Below, piece after piece: positions 9,762 to 19,227 of a stretch of 64,000 bases of DNA (the first letter of the stretch is position 1; each line of letters begins with the position of its first letter). Origin of the DNA: Candidatus Bathyarchaeia archaeon (GTDB lineage: Archaea; Thermoproteota; Bathyarchaeia; Bathyarchaeales; Bathycorpusculaceae). The DNA lies in assembly GCA_049516875.1 (NCBI GenBank), contig JBEKSS010000006.1:50671-114670 (forward strand), written 5' to 3'. The notes under the pieces were generated by a model. It saw nothing but the letters and a program-made list of their open reading frames with translations. It was not told where the DNA came from and searched no databases. The translations under genes were made by a program, and so were the position numbers.

Positions 9762-12700
9762 GTGACCGCCAAATTCGGAACTACTTCTGAAAAAGGCTTG
9801 ACGGCAGATTATCGCCCGCTTGAACTTGAGAAAGAAATACGTGAATTCTGGGAAAGAAACCGTGTGCAACAGAAGCTGACGCTTTTCAAAGAGAAGAACA
9901 ACAACGGCGTCTTGGGCTACGTGGAAGGGCCGCCTACGCTTAACGGCATACCCCATGTGGGTCATGCGAGAGGCCGCGTTATGAAGGATCTTCGCTACCG
10001 ATGGAAAACGATGCAGGGCTACTACGTACCTTTCTGGGCCGGATGGGACTGTCAAGGCTTGCCAGTGGAGTTAGAAGTGGAAAAGCTGCTGGGAGTGAAG
10101 AACAAGCGGGAACTGCTGGAAAAAGTGGGAATGGAACACTTCATACGGGAATGCAAGAAAGCCATAATGAAATATCATAAGGAATGGGTGGCAGTTGACA
10201 GCAGACTCGGCGTCTTCATGGATCATGGCAAGGCGTACTGGACCTACAAAGATGAGTATATTGAAAGGGAATGGCAAATCCTCAAGCGTGCTTGGGACCA
10301 AGGCCTGCTGGAAGAAGGATACTATGTGGTCGCCTACTGCCCAGGCTGTCAAACAAGCTTGAGCAGCGCAGAGGTAGGCTACGAAGGCGCATACAAAGTA
10401 GTCGAGGATCCGAGCCTGTACTTCAAATTCAAACTCGCCGGCAGGCGGGACGAGTACTTCCTCGTCTGGACGACTATGCCTTTCACCCTCATAACCGACA
10501 CGATGCTGGCCGTGCATCCTGAAGCAGAATACGCGAAAGTCAAAGTCAACGAAGAAAAATGGATACTTGCCAAGCCACGCGTTCAGCCAGTCATGCAGGA
10601 GTTAGGAATGGAAAAATACGAAATGATAGAAACTGTGATGGGAAAAGACCTTGAAGGAACGGGGTATGACTATCCGTTCAAGGACATAGTTCCTGAACAA
10701 GCAGAGCTTGAGAAAAAACATCCACTTGTACATAAGGTAATACTTGAAGACTTCGTAGACGTGAACACCGCAACAGGAGTCGTGCACCAATCGCCAGGAA
10801 ACGGTGAAGAGGACTTTTTCGCTGCACAAAAAAGAGGCGTTCCAATCTTCGCACCCTTCGACGACGAAGTCAAGTTCACAAAAGAAGCGGGGGTTTTCAA
10901 CGGCAAATTCGCAAGAGACACGGACGCCATTGTGGTTGAGGAACTGCGAAAGAGAGGCCTACTCGTTTCAGCTGAAACCCTGAAACATGAATATCCAACG
11001 TGCTGGCGTTCCCACCACAAGCTTGTGTGGTTAGCTAGAAAAGAGTACTTTCTGAGGACTGACAGAATAAGCTCGAAAGTCTTGGAAGCGGCTGAGAGAG
11101 TGAACTACTTTTACGAAAGCCCAAGAAACCGTTTCATATCCTTCTTGAAAGAAGGCAAACCGTGGTGCATATCCCGAGAGCGAGTCTGGGGAGCACCATT
11201 GCCTGTATGGAAATGCGAAAAGTGCGGAACACAAACACTTGTGGCAAGCAAGAAAGAACTTCTCGCGAAAGCTCAAGAGGAGCCACAGGCAGACTTTGAA
11301 CTGCACAAACCATGGGTAGACCGCATAACCTTCAAATGCGAAAAATGCGGAGGGGTAATGCGCAGAGAAGATTTCGTGCTCGACGCTTGGCACAACAGTG
11401 GAGCGTCACCCTACGCCAGATTCACGGATGAAGAATTCAAAAAGTACGTGCCAGTCGACTATCTCACAGAAGCCATGGACCAGACAAGAGGATGGGCAAA
11501 CACGCTGCTCTTGGAATACGTTATACTGACCGGAAAAGCAGAACCGCCCTACAGGGCGTTCCTGTTTCAGGGTCTAACCCAGGATGCCCAAGGCAGAAAA
11601 ATGAGTAAGAGCCTCGGAAACGTGATAGAGGCAAATAAAGCACTGGAGAAATATTCCTCGGACGTTTTCAGATTTTACGTGCTGAGAAAATGTCCTCCGC
11701 CGGATTCAAACGATTTTGATCCTCAAGAACTGAGCCGGCGTCCGTATCAAGTGCTGTCCACGTTGTACCATCTCAGTAGATTCTTCGCTCAAAACTCCGA
11801 ATTCGACGGCTTTGATCCTGAAGAACACACGCTTGAATCTGCAAAACGTGGAAAGCAGTTGAAAAGCCCAGACCTGTGGCTCCTTTCAAGGCTTCAACTA
11901 ACAATAGAGACCTATACGGCAAAGCTGGAATCATGCGAATTCAACGTAGCCCTCGCTGCATTGGAAGATGCGGTAATAGAAGATCTGAGCAGACTTTACG
12001 TGCCCATGGTTCGGAAGGAACTGTGGACAGACGACCCAGAGACTCTGGGCAGAAGGCTCGCGGTGTACTCGACACTATGGTATGTGCTCAAAACTATAAC
12101 GCTGCTCTTCAATCCCGTTACGCCTTGCCTCAGTGAGGCGCTGTATCAGAAGGTCTACAGACAACTCGACTCAACGCTTCCCGAAACAGTGAATCTTGAA
12201 GACTGGCCGAAACCCGACGAAAGACTTCGTGACAGGGCAACAGAGGAGGACTTTCAGACACTGTTCAGCACAGTGTCACTGGTCTATTCCGCGAGGCAGA
12301 ATGCTAAGCTGAAGAGAAGATGGCCTCTCAGCAAGATAGTGATAGTGGCTCCTGAAAGAGTCCGCAGGGCCCTCAAGAACGTCGAAGACCAGCTCCTAGA
12401 ACTGACAAACGTCAAAACCGTCGAGTACCCTGAAACGGCCCCTCAATATGTCGCCGCAGAAGGTTGGACATCCGCGTCCGAGCACGATACACAAGTCTTC
12501 TTAGACGCCCATCGTGACCAGAAACTACTTGGCGAAGGATTGATGCGAGACTTGGCCAGAAGAGTACAGGTCCTTAGGAAAGAACTCGGGTACATGCCAA
12601 CCGACGTGCTAGACGCCGTCCACATAGCTGAACTTGACCAGGAAACCATCCAACTCCTTCAACCCTACCTGCAACACATGAAGGAGCTTACACGCACAAA

Positions 12701-12818
12701 GAACATCCATCTGCGAATCAAACGCGAAGAAACCGAGACAGAATGGCACGAGTCACAATTAGACGAAAAGAGAGTCTACATTGCAATCCGTGCGGAAAGC
12801 AGCAAGCAGTCGACATGA
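9762..12818 (+). CDS. ileS: Isoleucine--tRNA ligase
   Basis: EGPPTLNGIPHVGH (HIGH), GWDCQGLPVE, WCISRERVWG, DQTRGW, KMSKSLGN. Confidence 0.96.
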   Translation: MTAKFGTTSEKGLTADYRPLELEKEIREFWERNRVQQKLTLFKEKNNNGVLGYVEGPPTLNGIPHVGHARGRVMKDLRYRWKTMQGYYVPFWAGWDCQGLPVELEVEKLLGVKNKRELLEKVGMEHFIRECKKAIMKYHKEWVAVDSRLGVFMDHGKAYWTYKDEYIEREWQILKRAWDQGLLEEGYYVVAYCPGCQTSLSSAEVGYEGAYKVVEDPSLYFKFKLAGRRDEYFLVWTTMPFTLITDTMLAVHPEAEYAKVKVNEEKWILAKPRVQPVMQELGMEKYEMIETVMGKDLEGTGYDYPFKDIVPEQAELEKKHPLVHKVILEDFVDVNTATGVVHQSPGNGEEDFFAAQKRGVPIFAPFDDEVKFTKEAGVFNGKFARDTDAIVVEELRKRGLLVSAETLKHEYPTCWRSHHKLVWLARKEYFLRTDRISSKVLEAAERVNYFYESPRNRFISFLKEGKPWCISRERVWGAPLPVWKCEKCGTQTLVASKKELLAKAQEEPQADFELHKPWVDRITFKCEKCGGVMRREDFVLDAWHNSGASPYARFTDEEFKKYVPVDYLTEAMDQTRGWANTLLLEYVILTGKAEPPYRAFLFQGLTQDAQGRKMSKSLGNVIEANKALEKYSSDVFRFYVLRKCPPPDSNDFDPQELSRRPYQVLSTLYHLSRFFAQNSEFDGFDPEEHTLESAKRGKQLKSPDLWLLSRLQLTIETYTAKLESCEFNVALAALEDAVIEDLSRLYVPMVRKELWTDDPETLGRRLAVYSTLWYVLKTITLLFNPVTPCLSEALYQKVYRQLDSTLPETVNLEDWPKPDERLRDRATEEDFQTLFSTVSLVYSARQNAKLKRRWPLSKIVIVAPERVRRALKNVEDQLLELTNVKTVEYPETAPQYVAAEGWTSASEHDTQVFLDAHRDQKLLGEGLMRDLARRVQVLRKELGYMPTDVLDAVHIAELDQETIQLLQPYLQHMKELTRTKNIHLRIKREETETEWHESQLDEKRVYIAIRAESSKQST

Positions 12819-13058
12819 CTAGCGAAAGCTTCGAGTCTTCAAACCGCGCGGTTTATCTCACGGACAGGTCGGAAACTGCTGCCCAGACATGGCTCGTAGG
12901 GCCTCAGAATGTCGGTGTGAGGTCGTGTTTAGTGAACCAAGGCTGCATACGATACGCACGGAGGTTTGTAATGTTACAGAGTGGGAACATGCCTTTTAAA
13001 GCTCGCCTACGAGGAGTGAATTGGCGATGAAGTTCATTGGGCTTGGCGAGGGAGAAGC

Positions 13059-13178
13059 GTGGCTAGAAGAATTTTCTGCGACAAATGTGGACGCGAGTTG
13101 AAGTCTTCCGAGGTCGTTCAATTGCTGGAATACGATTTGTGCACTGCATGCTGTAAGAAGGTTCTCGGAAGCAAATGA
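13059..13178 (+). CDS. Putative 39-aa zinc-finger microprotein
   Basis: Own translation from GTG: MARRIFCDKCGRELKSSEVVQLLEYDLCTACCKKVLGSK; CxxC...CxxC; GGGAG upstream. Confidence 0.5.
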   Translation: MARRIFCDKCGRELKSSEVVQLLEYDLCTACCKKVLGSK

Positions 13179-13716
13179 TCCCAGAGACATGTAGACTTGC
13201 GTGCCTGTCCTAGCGCTTTCTCGTTAGACGCGGTCAATGTAGAATAGGTCCGCCGTGACATAGTTTGTTTGCGAGTGTAGAAAAGGGCGGCTGACTAGAA
13301 CATTGTTTCATAAATTATTTATGAGAGGAAGAGGCAAAATATCATTCTGTAATGTAGAGAATGGCAGAGTGTTCATCAGTAGCGGGAAAGGAGAGAAGGG
13401 ACTAAAAGACCCGAGCTTCGCATACCACTCTCACATAATATCAATGAAATGTGCTACTATTAAAGTTTGACGGAAAACTTCAAATATGAATGATTCTGTC
13501 CACGTCTCAATCCATTGAAGTTGAAAAGCTTGCTGACGTTTTCACGGAAGCTGCCGGTTAAATGATATAGCATGGCCTTAAAGAGCATCAAAGTTTCTTA
13601 ACATTAGACGAGTATACGCAGCTATCTCGCCTCAACCTTGGAATACATTCCTTGAGAAACTGCAACCGAAAGCTCTATATCGTTTCCTAGTCGAGGTTCT
13701 TTTCCTATAGAAAGTC

Positions 13717-13791
13717 GGGCCGGTAGTTCAGCTTGGTATGAACGCCGCATTCGCAATGCGGAAGTCGTGGGTCCAAATCCCGCCCGGTCCA
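13717..13791 (+). tRNA. tRNA-Ala(CGC)
   Basis: Acceptor GGGCCGG/CCGGTCC with G3:U70 alanine identity pair; anticodon arm CCGCA-TTCGCAA-TGCGG; discriminator A; CCA not encoded. Confidence 0.95.
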
Positions 13792-13859
13792 CTCCCATTT
13801 TTGGGTTCAAGTCTAACAAATCAGCCCCCTAGCAAAGCTGCGGTTTCAGTGTAGGAATA

Positions 13860-14041
13860 CGCAACTCGATAGCGGCTACCATGGCCCCTAGTAAGTCACG
13901 GCAACTGGTCCTTTCTCTATAAATTATCCATGCCACCGGGATGATGATAACTGACATCAAGGAAATCAATGTTTGAGGAATGCCTGCTTGAGTGTAGGTT
14001 GCGGTGACCATGAAAAACGCCTTGTCTGCGAACGGTCCGAA
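13860..14041 (-). pseudogene. C-terminal fragment of an EamA/DMT transporter
   Basis: FGPFADKAFFMVTATYTQAGIPQTLISLMSVIIIPVAWIIYRERTS..LLGAMVA matches the last EamA helices; no N-terminal part. Confidence 0.65.
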
Positions 14042-14184
14042 AGCGCGGGCGTTTCGTTACTAGGAAGACGTAGACGACTGCGGTAAGTAGCCGGCCCAGA
14101 AAAGAAGTCAGAAACTTTACGCGAAACAGATAATTGATACGACAGGAAGGATGAAGCCAAATCTCACGCAACAGAAAACGATGG

Positions 14185-14294
14185 TTCAACATCAAAGTGG
14201 CTGCCAATCTTGAGGAAACATGCAAGCTGTGGAGGCAGGTTATGCGTATGTCACTGATATGGACGGCCAAAAACTATTCAGAAAACGAAAGTAG
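14185..14294 (+). pseudogene. Frameshifted C-terminal remnant of a probable tyrosine integrase
   Basis: FNIKVAANLEETCKL / frameshift / EAGYAYVTDMDGQKLFRKRK*; recalled as the tail of Bathyarchaeia site-specific integrases; 400 bp downstream of tRNA-Ala. Confidence 0.55.
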
Positions 14295-14465
14295 AAACAA
14301 CATGGACACGGATGGAGCCATGAAAACCGCACCTTATCGTAAAATTCCGTACCTTATTCTCAATAAGTACGGATAGCTCTTCACATGGATATGTTTTGAG
14401 GATTCGCTACGTTTATTTATCAAGGACGGGTACTTACTAGCTCAAGAAGAAGCGGAGAGACAGGA

Positions 14466-15026
14466 ATGTCTAAGAAGATGCCATCGAAAGACGAGGCATT
14501 GGAAGCACTGGACTTCATAGTTAGCGTTCTGAAGGAACATGAAAAGGACCTGGATCGCTTGATAAACGAGCTTGGAAGCGTGACTGAGAAGATGGGCGAC
14601 ACTGGGGAATTGAGCGGTAAGGTGGAAAGAGTTGAGGAACGACTAAGTACGCTGCAGAACGAGATAACGAACCTCATAACGTACCTTTCAGCCCCACATG
14701 AGGCGTCGCCTGCATCGTCACCGCAGCCAGTGCCTGTCGCTCAGAAGAGCGAGGGCTTGCAGGTCAGGGAGACACGTGGGCCCCCTGTTATCCTTCGTTG
14801 CAAGCAATGGGAAGACTTTCAAGCAATGGCCGCGGAGGCTCAGACACTGTCTTTCATGTACCGAGAGGCTGAAAAAACGTTCCAAGTCGATGCGGTGAAA
14901 GACAGCCAGATCATGACCTACAGCGGCGAACTGCCGAAATACAACTCGCTACTAAAGGCATGGCTCTGCAAACAATTGAACGTTCCGGAGAAAAAAGCTC
15001 TAGAAGGCGTCTTGGCTATAGGCTAA
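14466..15026 (+). CDS. Hypothetical protein with N-terminal coiled coil
   Basis: 186-aa ORF with heptad pattern, Pro-rich linker and small C-terminal domain; GGAG upstream. Confidence 0.75.
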   Translation: MSKKMPSKDEALEALDFIVSVLKEHEKDLDRLINELGSVTEKMGDTGELSGKVERVEERLSTLQNEITNLITYLSAPHEASPASSPQPVPVAQKSEGLQVRETRGPPVILRCKQWEDFQAMAAEAQTLSFMYREAEKTFQVDAVKDSQIMTYSGELPKYNSLLKAWLCKQLNVPEKKALEGVLAIG

Positions 15027-15275
15027 TGTCATCCCTTGAACGTTTGTAGCTGACTGTGATGCAGTAACCTTTTTATAATCGACTTGTATCTTAAGTCTTA
15101 AGACGGTATGAAGGGGCGCGAGGTTGAAGGTTAACCACATCTTGCCAAAAATGTCTTTTTTCCGTTTTTCGAAGCCTTCTCCTTTCTCCTCAATAACGGA
15201 AAATGGCTGTGTGGCTACCCAAAAAACGATGAAAGCCCTCCATCTCGTCCATGAGTTTTTCCCAAGGTGAAATCA

Positions 15276-15422
15276 ATGAAGGGGAACACTCTAATCCCAC
15301 AGAAACTTCATGAGGAATTCACAGACTTCCAGAAGACGATGGAGGAACTGTATCTTCTGAAACGCGTGGCTGCAGACTTAAAAAGCTACAGAAGAATGAT
15401 TCACCTGAAACGCTACGACTAA
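15276..15422 (+). CDS. Putative 48-aa microprotein
   Basis: AGGTGA SD then ATG; MKGNTLIPQKLHEEFTDFQKTMEELYLLKRVAADLKSYRRMIHLKRYD. Confidence 0.5.
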   Translation: MKGNTLIPQKLHEEFTDFQKTMEELYLLKRVAADLKSYRRMIHLKRYD

Positions 15423-15595
15423 TAGGCACCACAACATAGCAGCACCTTGTATTCGACTTGTTGAGGACATTGTTCAAACCGAAAAGCGCCGAGTCTCTGA
15501 GGATATGGTTTTTGCACCAAGGAAGGCCAAACCCTGGACGGTATGCTTAAAATATCGGTTTCAAAATTCTGATAAACGCCTACAGAGGGTTATCA

Positions 15596-17017
15596 GTGGA
15601 CGGCGCTGCGAATTTCTCCGGAAAGGAAGAAATCCTCAAGTTGATTTCAAACAACAACGTAAGAATCCTCAACCTTTGCCATGTTCCCGAAGACGGAAGA
15701 TTGAAGACCCTGAGTTTCTCAATCGCAAACAGAGATAGAGTCAACGAGATTTTAGATTTCGGTGAAAGAGTTGACGGTTCAAGTCTGTTCTCGTTTGTGG
15801 AGCCTGGCAAAAGCGATATCTACATAATGCCCGGCACGGATAGAGCTTTTGTTGATCCATTTTCAACCTTGCCCGCAGTAAACATCATGTGCGACTATTT
15901 GGGTGAAAACGGGAAACCCTTGGATATAGCTCCGAAAACTGTTTTGGTGCGGGCTGAAGAACAGCTGAGTTCTTCAGCACATATCACTCTGAAAGCCCTG
16001 GTCGAGCTTGAGTTCTACATAATTGCGAAACAGCAGACTGAAGTTCTTTTTCCAGCATGGTCGGACAAGAACTATCATGAATCTGCGCCCTTCGCCAAGT
16101 TTCAGGACTTGAGGAATGAAGTTTTAGCGACTTTAGACCTTGTGGGCATACCCACAAAATACGCGCATGGAGAAGTCGGTCTAGCTTATGACAAGAACGA
16201 CACCCTTATGGAACAGCATGAAATAGAGTTCAAACCACAGAATCTTACCAAGATGGCGGAAACATTAGCGATTGCAAAGTGGGTTATCAGAAACGTTTGC
16301 TCCAGACACGGGGTATCTGTCTCTTTCATCCCCAAGATTGACTTGAACCACGCTGGAACAGGGATGCACATACACGTGTGTGGGCTTAAGAACGGCAACA
16401 ACGTGGTTTCCAATCCTGACGGAACTCTGAGCCTTGAAGCGTTGAAGATCATAGGAGGCTTATTGAAGCTCGCACCAAGTCTTGCGGCCTTTGGAAATCC
16501 CACGCCGGTATCATACCTGCGGTTCATTGCACGCAAAGAATCACCGATGCACATCTGCTGGAGCGCCCGAAACCGTCTGGCTCTAATACGCATACCATTG
16601 TGGTGGAGCTTCAAGAAAGCAAGCGAAAAAGCAGAGAGCTGCAGAGAAACCTTCGAATACAGGGCCCCAGACGCCTTTGCCAATGCTTACCTCCTCTTTG
16701 CTGGACTGACCGTGGCAGCGGGTTATGGGCTGAAGAACTCGAAAGAATCGCTGAAGCTTGCTGAAGACTTGCACATTGAAGCAGCTGAAAACGAAGGCAA
16801 GAATCTTGAGGTCTTGCCACGCTCATGCAGCGAAGCAGTCGAAAATCTTGAGAGAGACAGGCATTATTATGAAGCAACCGGGGTCTTCCCAAAGAGACTC
16901 ATCGACGAAACTGTGAGAAAACTGAGAGCTTTCGAAGATAAGAACATTTGGAAAGAGTTGTCCAGCAACCCAGAGAAAATAGAAAAGACAATAATGGAAT
17001 ACATTCACTACGGCTAG
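15596..17017 (+). CDS. Glutamine synthetase family protein (divergent)
   Basis: VDGSSLF, ELEFYI, HGEVG, QHEIEF, GTGMHIH, NRLALIRIP, FEYRAPD. Confidence 0.88.
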   Translation: MDGAANFSGKEEILKLISNNNVRILNLCHVPEDGRLKTLSFSIANRDRVNEILDFGERVDGSSLFSFVEPGKSDIYIMPGTDRAFVDPFSTLPAVNIMCDYLGENGKPLDIAPKTVLVRAEEQLSSSAHITLKALVELEFYIIAKQQTEVLFPAWSDKNYHESAPFAKFQDLRNEVLATLDLVGIPTKYAHGEVGLAYDKNDTLMEQHEIEFKPQNLTKMAETLAIAKWVIRNVCSRHGVSVSFIPKIDLNHAGTGMHIHVCGLKNGNNVVSNPDGTLSLEALKIIGGLLKLAPSLAAFGNPTPVSYLRFIARKESPMHICWSARNRLALIRIPLWWSFKKASEKAESCRETFEYRAPDAFANAYLLFAGLTVAAGYGLKNSKESLKLAEDLHIEAAENEGKNLEVLPRSCSEAVENLERDRHYYEATGVFPKRLIDETVRKLRAFEDKNIWKELSSNPEKIEKTIMEYIHYG

Positions 17018-17106
17018 TTCAGACGCGCACAACTATCTACAGAATCAAAACGAAACCGTAAGCTCTAAATCTCTTAATGAACGTTCTCTTCAGAGAGAAG
17101 GCTAGT

Positions 17107-17184
17107 GGGCCCGTGGCTCAGTCAGGCTAGAGCGGCGGACTCTTAATCCGTAGGTCGCGGGTTCAATTCCCGTCGGGCCCGCCA
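17107..17184 (+). tRNA. tRNA-Lys(CTT)
   Basis: Acceptor GGGCCCG/CGGGCCC; anticodon arm GCGGA-CTCTTAA-TCCGT; GGTTCAATTCC T-arm; CCA encoded. Confidence 0.96.
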
Positions 17185-17332
17185 GACCCTTTTTGGAAAA
17201 GAGACTTCAAAGAGAAACTGAGGGTTCCAGCGTTTGGGCATTTTGTTTGTTGGCGATATTGAGGACGCGAAAACCATAAATGCCTTCACCTTGGTCTAAT
17301 ACAACATCGCTGTGTCAAACCATGTGAAAGAG

Positions 17333-17992
17333 ATGAGCGGTTTGGTTAAAGTGATATGGCACGGTCATGCGTGCTTCGAACTGCAGGGAGAAGGCGTCAC
17401 AATAGTGACTGATCCTTTTAAGGGAATTGGTATTCCGGAGCCTAAAGCGGCTGCTGACATCGTGCTTTGTTCCCATAGCCACCAAGATCACAACAACGTC
17501 AAACCGGTCTTGGGGAAAGAGGGACAGATGCTGGAAAGTTTCGTAGGCTCCAAAAAAGTGAAAGGAGTGTCCATGAAAGGCGTTGCTGCTTTTCATGATG
17601 AAACGAAGGGTTCCAAACGCGGGAAAAATAGCATCTACACCTTCAGCTTGGATGGCGTACAGTTCTGCCACCTCGGAGACTTGGGACACGAGTTATCCTC
17701 TGCAACTGTTGAGGAGATAGGAAAGGTCGATGTATTGTTTGTCCCTGTGGGAGGATACTTCACCATAGGACCCGAAACTGCCACCAATGTCTGCGAAAAG
17801 TTGAAGCCCAAGATAATATTTCCCATGCACTATCGGATGCCAAGGCTTCCCTCTATGTTTGACCTGTTGAAGACGGTTGATGATTTCTTGGAGGGAAAGA
17901 AAAACATAGAGAGGAATAAAGGGCCTGTCGTGAACATCGAAGAGCATAAATTGCCTAAGGAAACAAAGATAATTGTTCTGTCCCTAGAATAG
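17333..17992 (+). CDS. MBL-fold metallo-hydrolase
   Basis: WHGHACF, TDPF, SHSHQDH, HLGDLGH, PMHY. Confidence 0.9.
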   Translation: MSGLVKVIWHGHACFELQGEGVTIVTDPFKGIGIPEPKAAADIVLCSHSHQDHNNVKPVLGKEGQMLESFVGSKKVKGVSMKGVAAFHDETKGSKRGKNSIYTFSLDGVQFCHLGDLGHELSSATVEEIGKVDVLFVPVGGYFTIGPETATNVCEKLKPKIIFPMHYRMPRLPSMFDLLKTVDDFLEGKKNIERNKGPVVNIEEHKLPKETKIIVLSLE

Positions 17993-18094
17993 TCGAGCCC
18001 TTCGTTATCTTACAACCTGCGCCGCTTAGGGTTGCTTGATCATGACCGAGTGGACAAACGATTCGGAAAAAAACGAGCGCTGCTAAGCCGAGGC

Positions 18095-19129
18095 TCACAG
18101 TTTGTCTCTTGCTGCTTTCACCGCTTTCACTGTCCTAGCTAGGAGAAGCTGTGCCGCCTCCTGTGTGGGCCATCCTCCCAGGCCGCAGTCGGGCCCTGTG
18201 AATGTCATCCTGTCTCCGTACTTGTCTTTGGCGGTTTCAAACCTTTTTCGTATGATTCTCTCGTCTTCGACCATTTGCTCGGCGTTTGGTTTCGTTATTC
18301 CCTTGTCATAAAGCTCTGCCATGATTGAGTTTATGTCTGTCCTGGATACACCTACTCGTATCTGCTTGTCTGCTTGATCAAGCATGTTTTTTGACACGCT
18401 GTCAATGTTTTTCGGGGATGCCGCATATTCAATTGATAGGACATCGATGTTCCTGACGTTGAGCAGATCGGTGATCTTGGATGGTGAATGAAGGTGAATC
18501 TGTCTTGTTGCGCCATCGAAGTTGAAGGCTGTTTCCAGAGCACTTTGAATTACTTCTTTGTCTGTGAAGATGTCTTGAAAGCCAAAACTCGGCTCGTCCA
18601 AAGAGACAGCGACTGTCTGGACGTATTTTGAGTTTAAGGTCGAGTTTTTCGCAAACCGCTTAACGTTCTCTGCGAACATTTGGAGGATGTCCTCGTGGAC
18701 GACAGACCCGATTTCCTTCAAGTATAGCTCGACTGGTCCCATCATACACACCCTGAGCCGCACCTTTTCTCCTGTTTCTTCGTAGAGTCTTTTGGCTTCA
18801 CAGCCGATGACATACACCTCCGGCAGTACTGCGCGTTCTGTGTTGATCAAGTATGTTCCTTCATTCATCGAATCTCTGAGAGGGTCTGCCAACTGTCTGT
18901 GCATATCGTAATGCTGTGGATAGTTAACGATATCGAGTCCTGCCTCGACTTTTTTCATGAAAGAGCCTATCACTACTTGATTGAAATTGTTCAACAAGAA
19001 TTCGTCCTTGCCAAGGTGTTTTCCCTCGATTATTGCTTTTCTTGCAACGCGATATGCCTCTTCAAACACTTTACTATCGGTATACGCAGGCAGGGGAAAA
19101 CTACCGACATCATCAACAAGGGTTGCCAT
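18095..19129 (-). CDS. Core (single-domain) MetE-like methionine synthase
   Basis: DDVGSFP, GPVEL, SLDEPS, IHLH, GPDCGLGGW; only the catalytic barrel (344 aa). Confidence 0.75.
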   Translation of the reverse strand: MATLVDDVGSFPLPAYTDSKVFEEAYRVARKAIIEGKHLGKDEFLLNNFNQVVIGSFMKKVEAGLDIVNYPQHYDMHRQLADPLRDSMNEGTYLINTERAVLPEVYVIGCEAKRLYEETGEKVRLRVCMMGPVELYLKEIGSVVHEDILQMFAENVKRFAKNSTLNSKYVQTVAVSLDEPSFGFQDIFTDKEVIQSALETAFNFDGATRQIHLHSPSKITDLLNVRNIDVLSIEYAASPKNIDSVSKNMLDQADKQIRVGVSRTDINSIMAELYDKGITKPNAEQMVEDERIIRKRFETAKDKYGDRMTFTGPDCGLGGWPTQEAAQLLLARTVKAVKAARDKL

Positions 19130-19227
19130 AAAAACATGTTAAAACGCCAAGCGATTTAAAGCTATTTTGACGCGCGCTTGAACAAAAAAGGCAGGTTAGA
19201 CATTGGTAGCGCTCTTGCTTGATCCGG

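Noticed and set aside
13622-13819. 65-aa minus-strand ORF
   Set aside because: Antisense to tRNA-Ala
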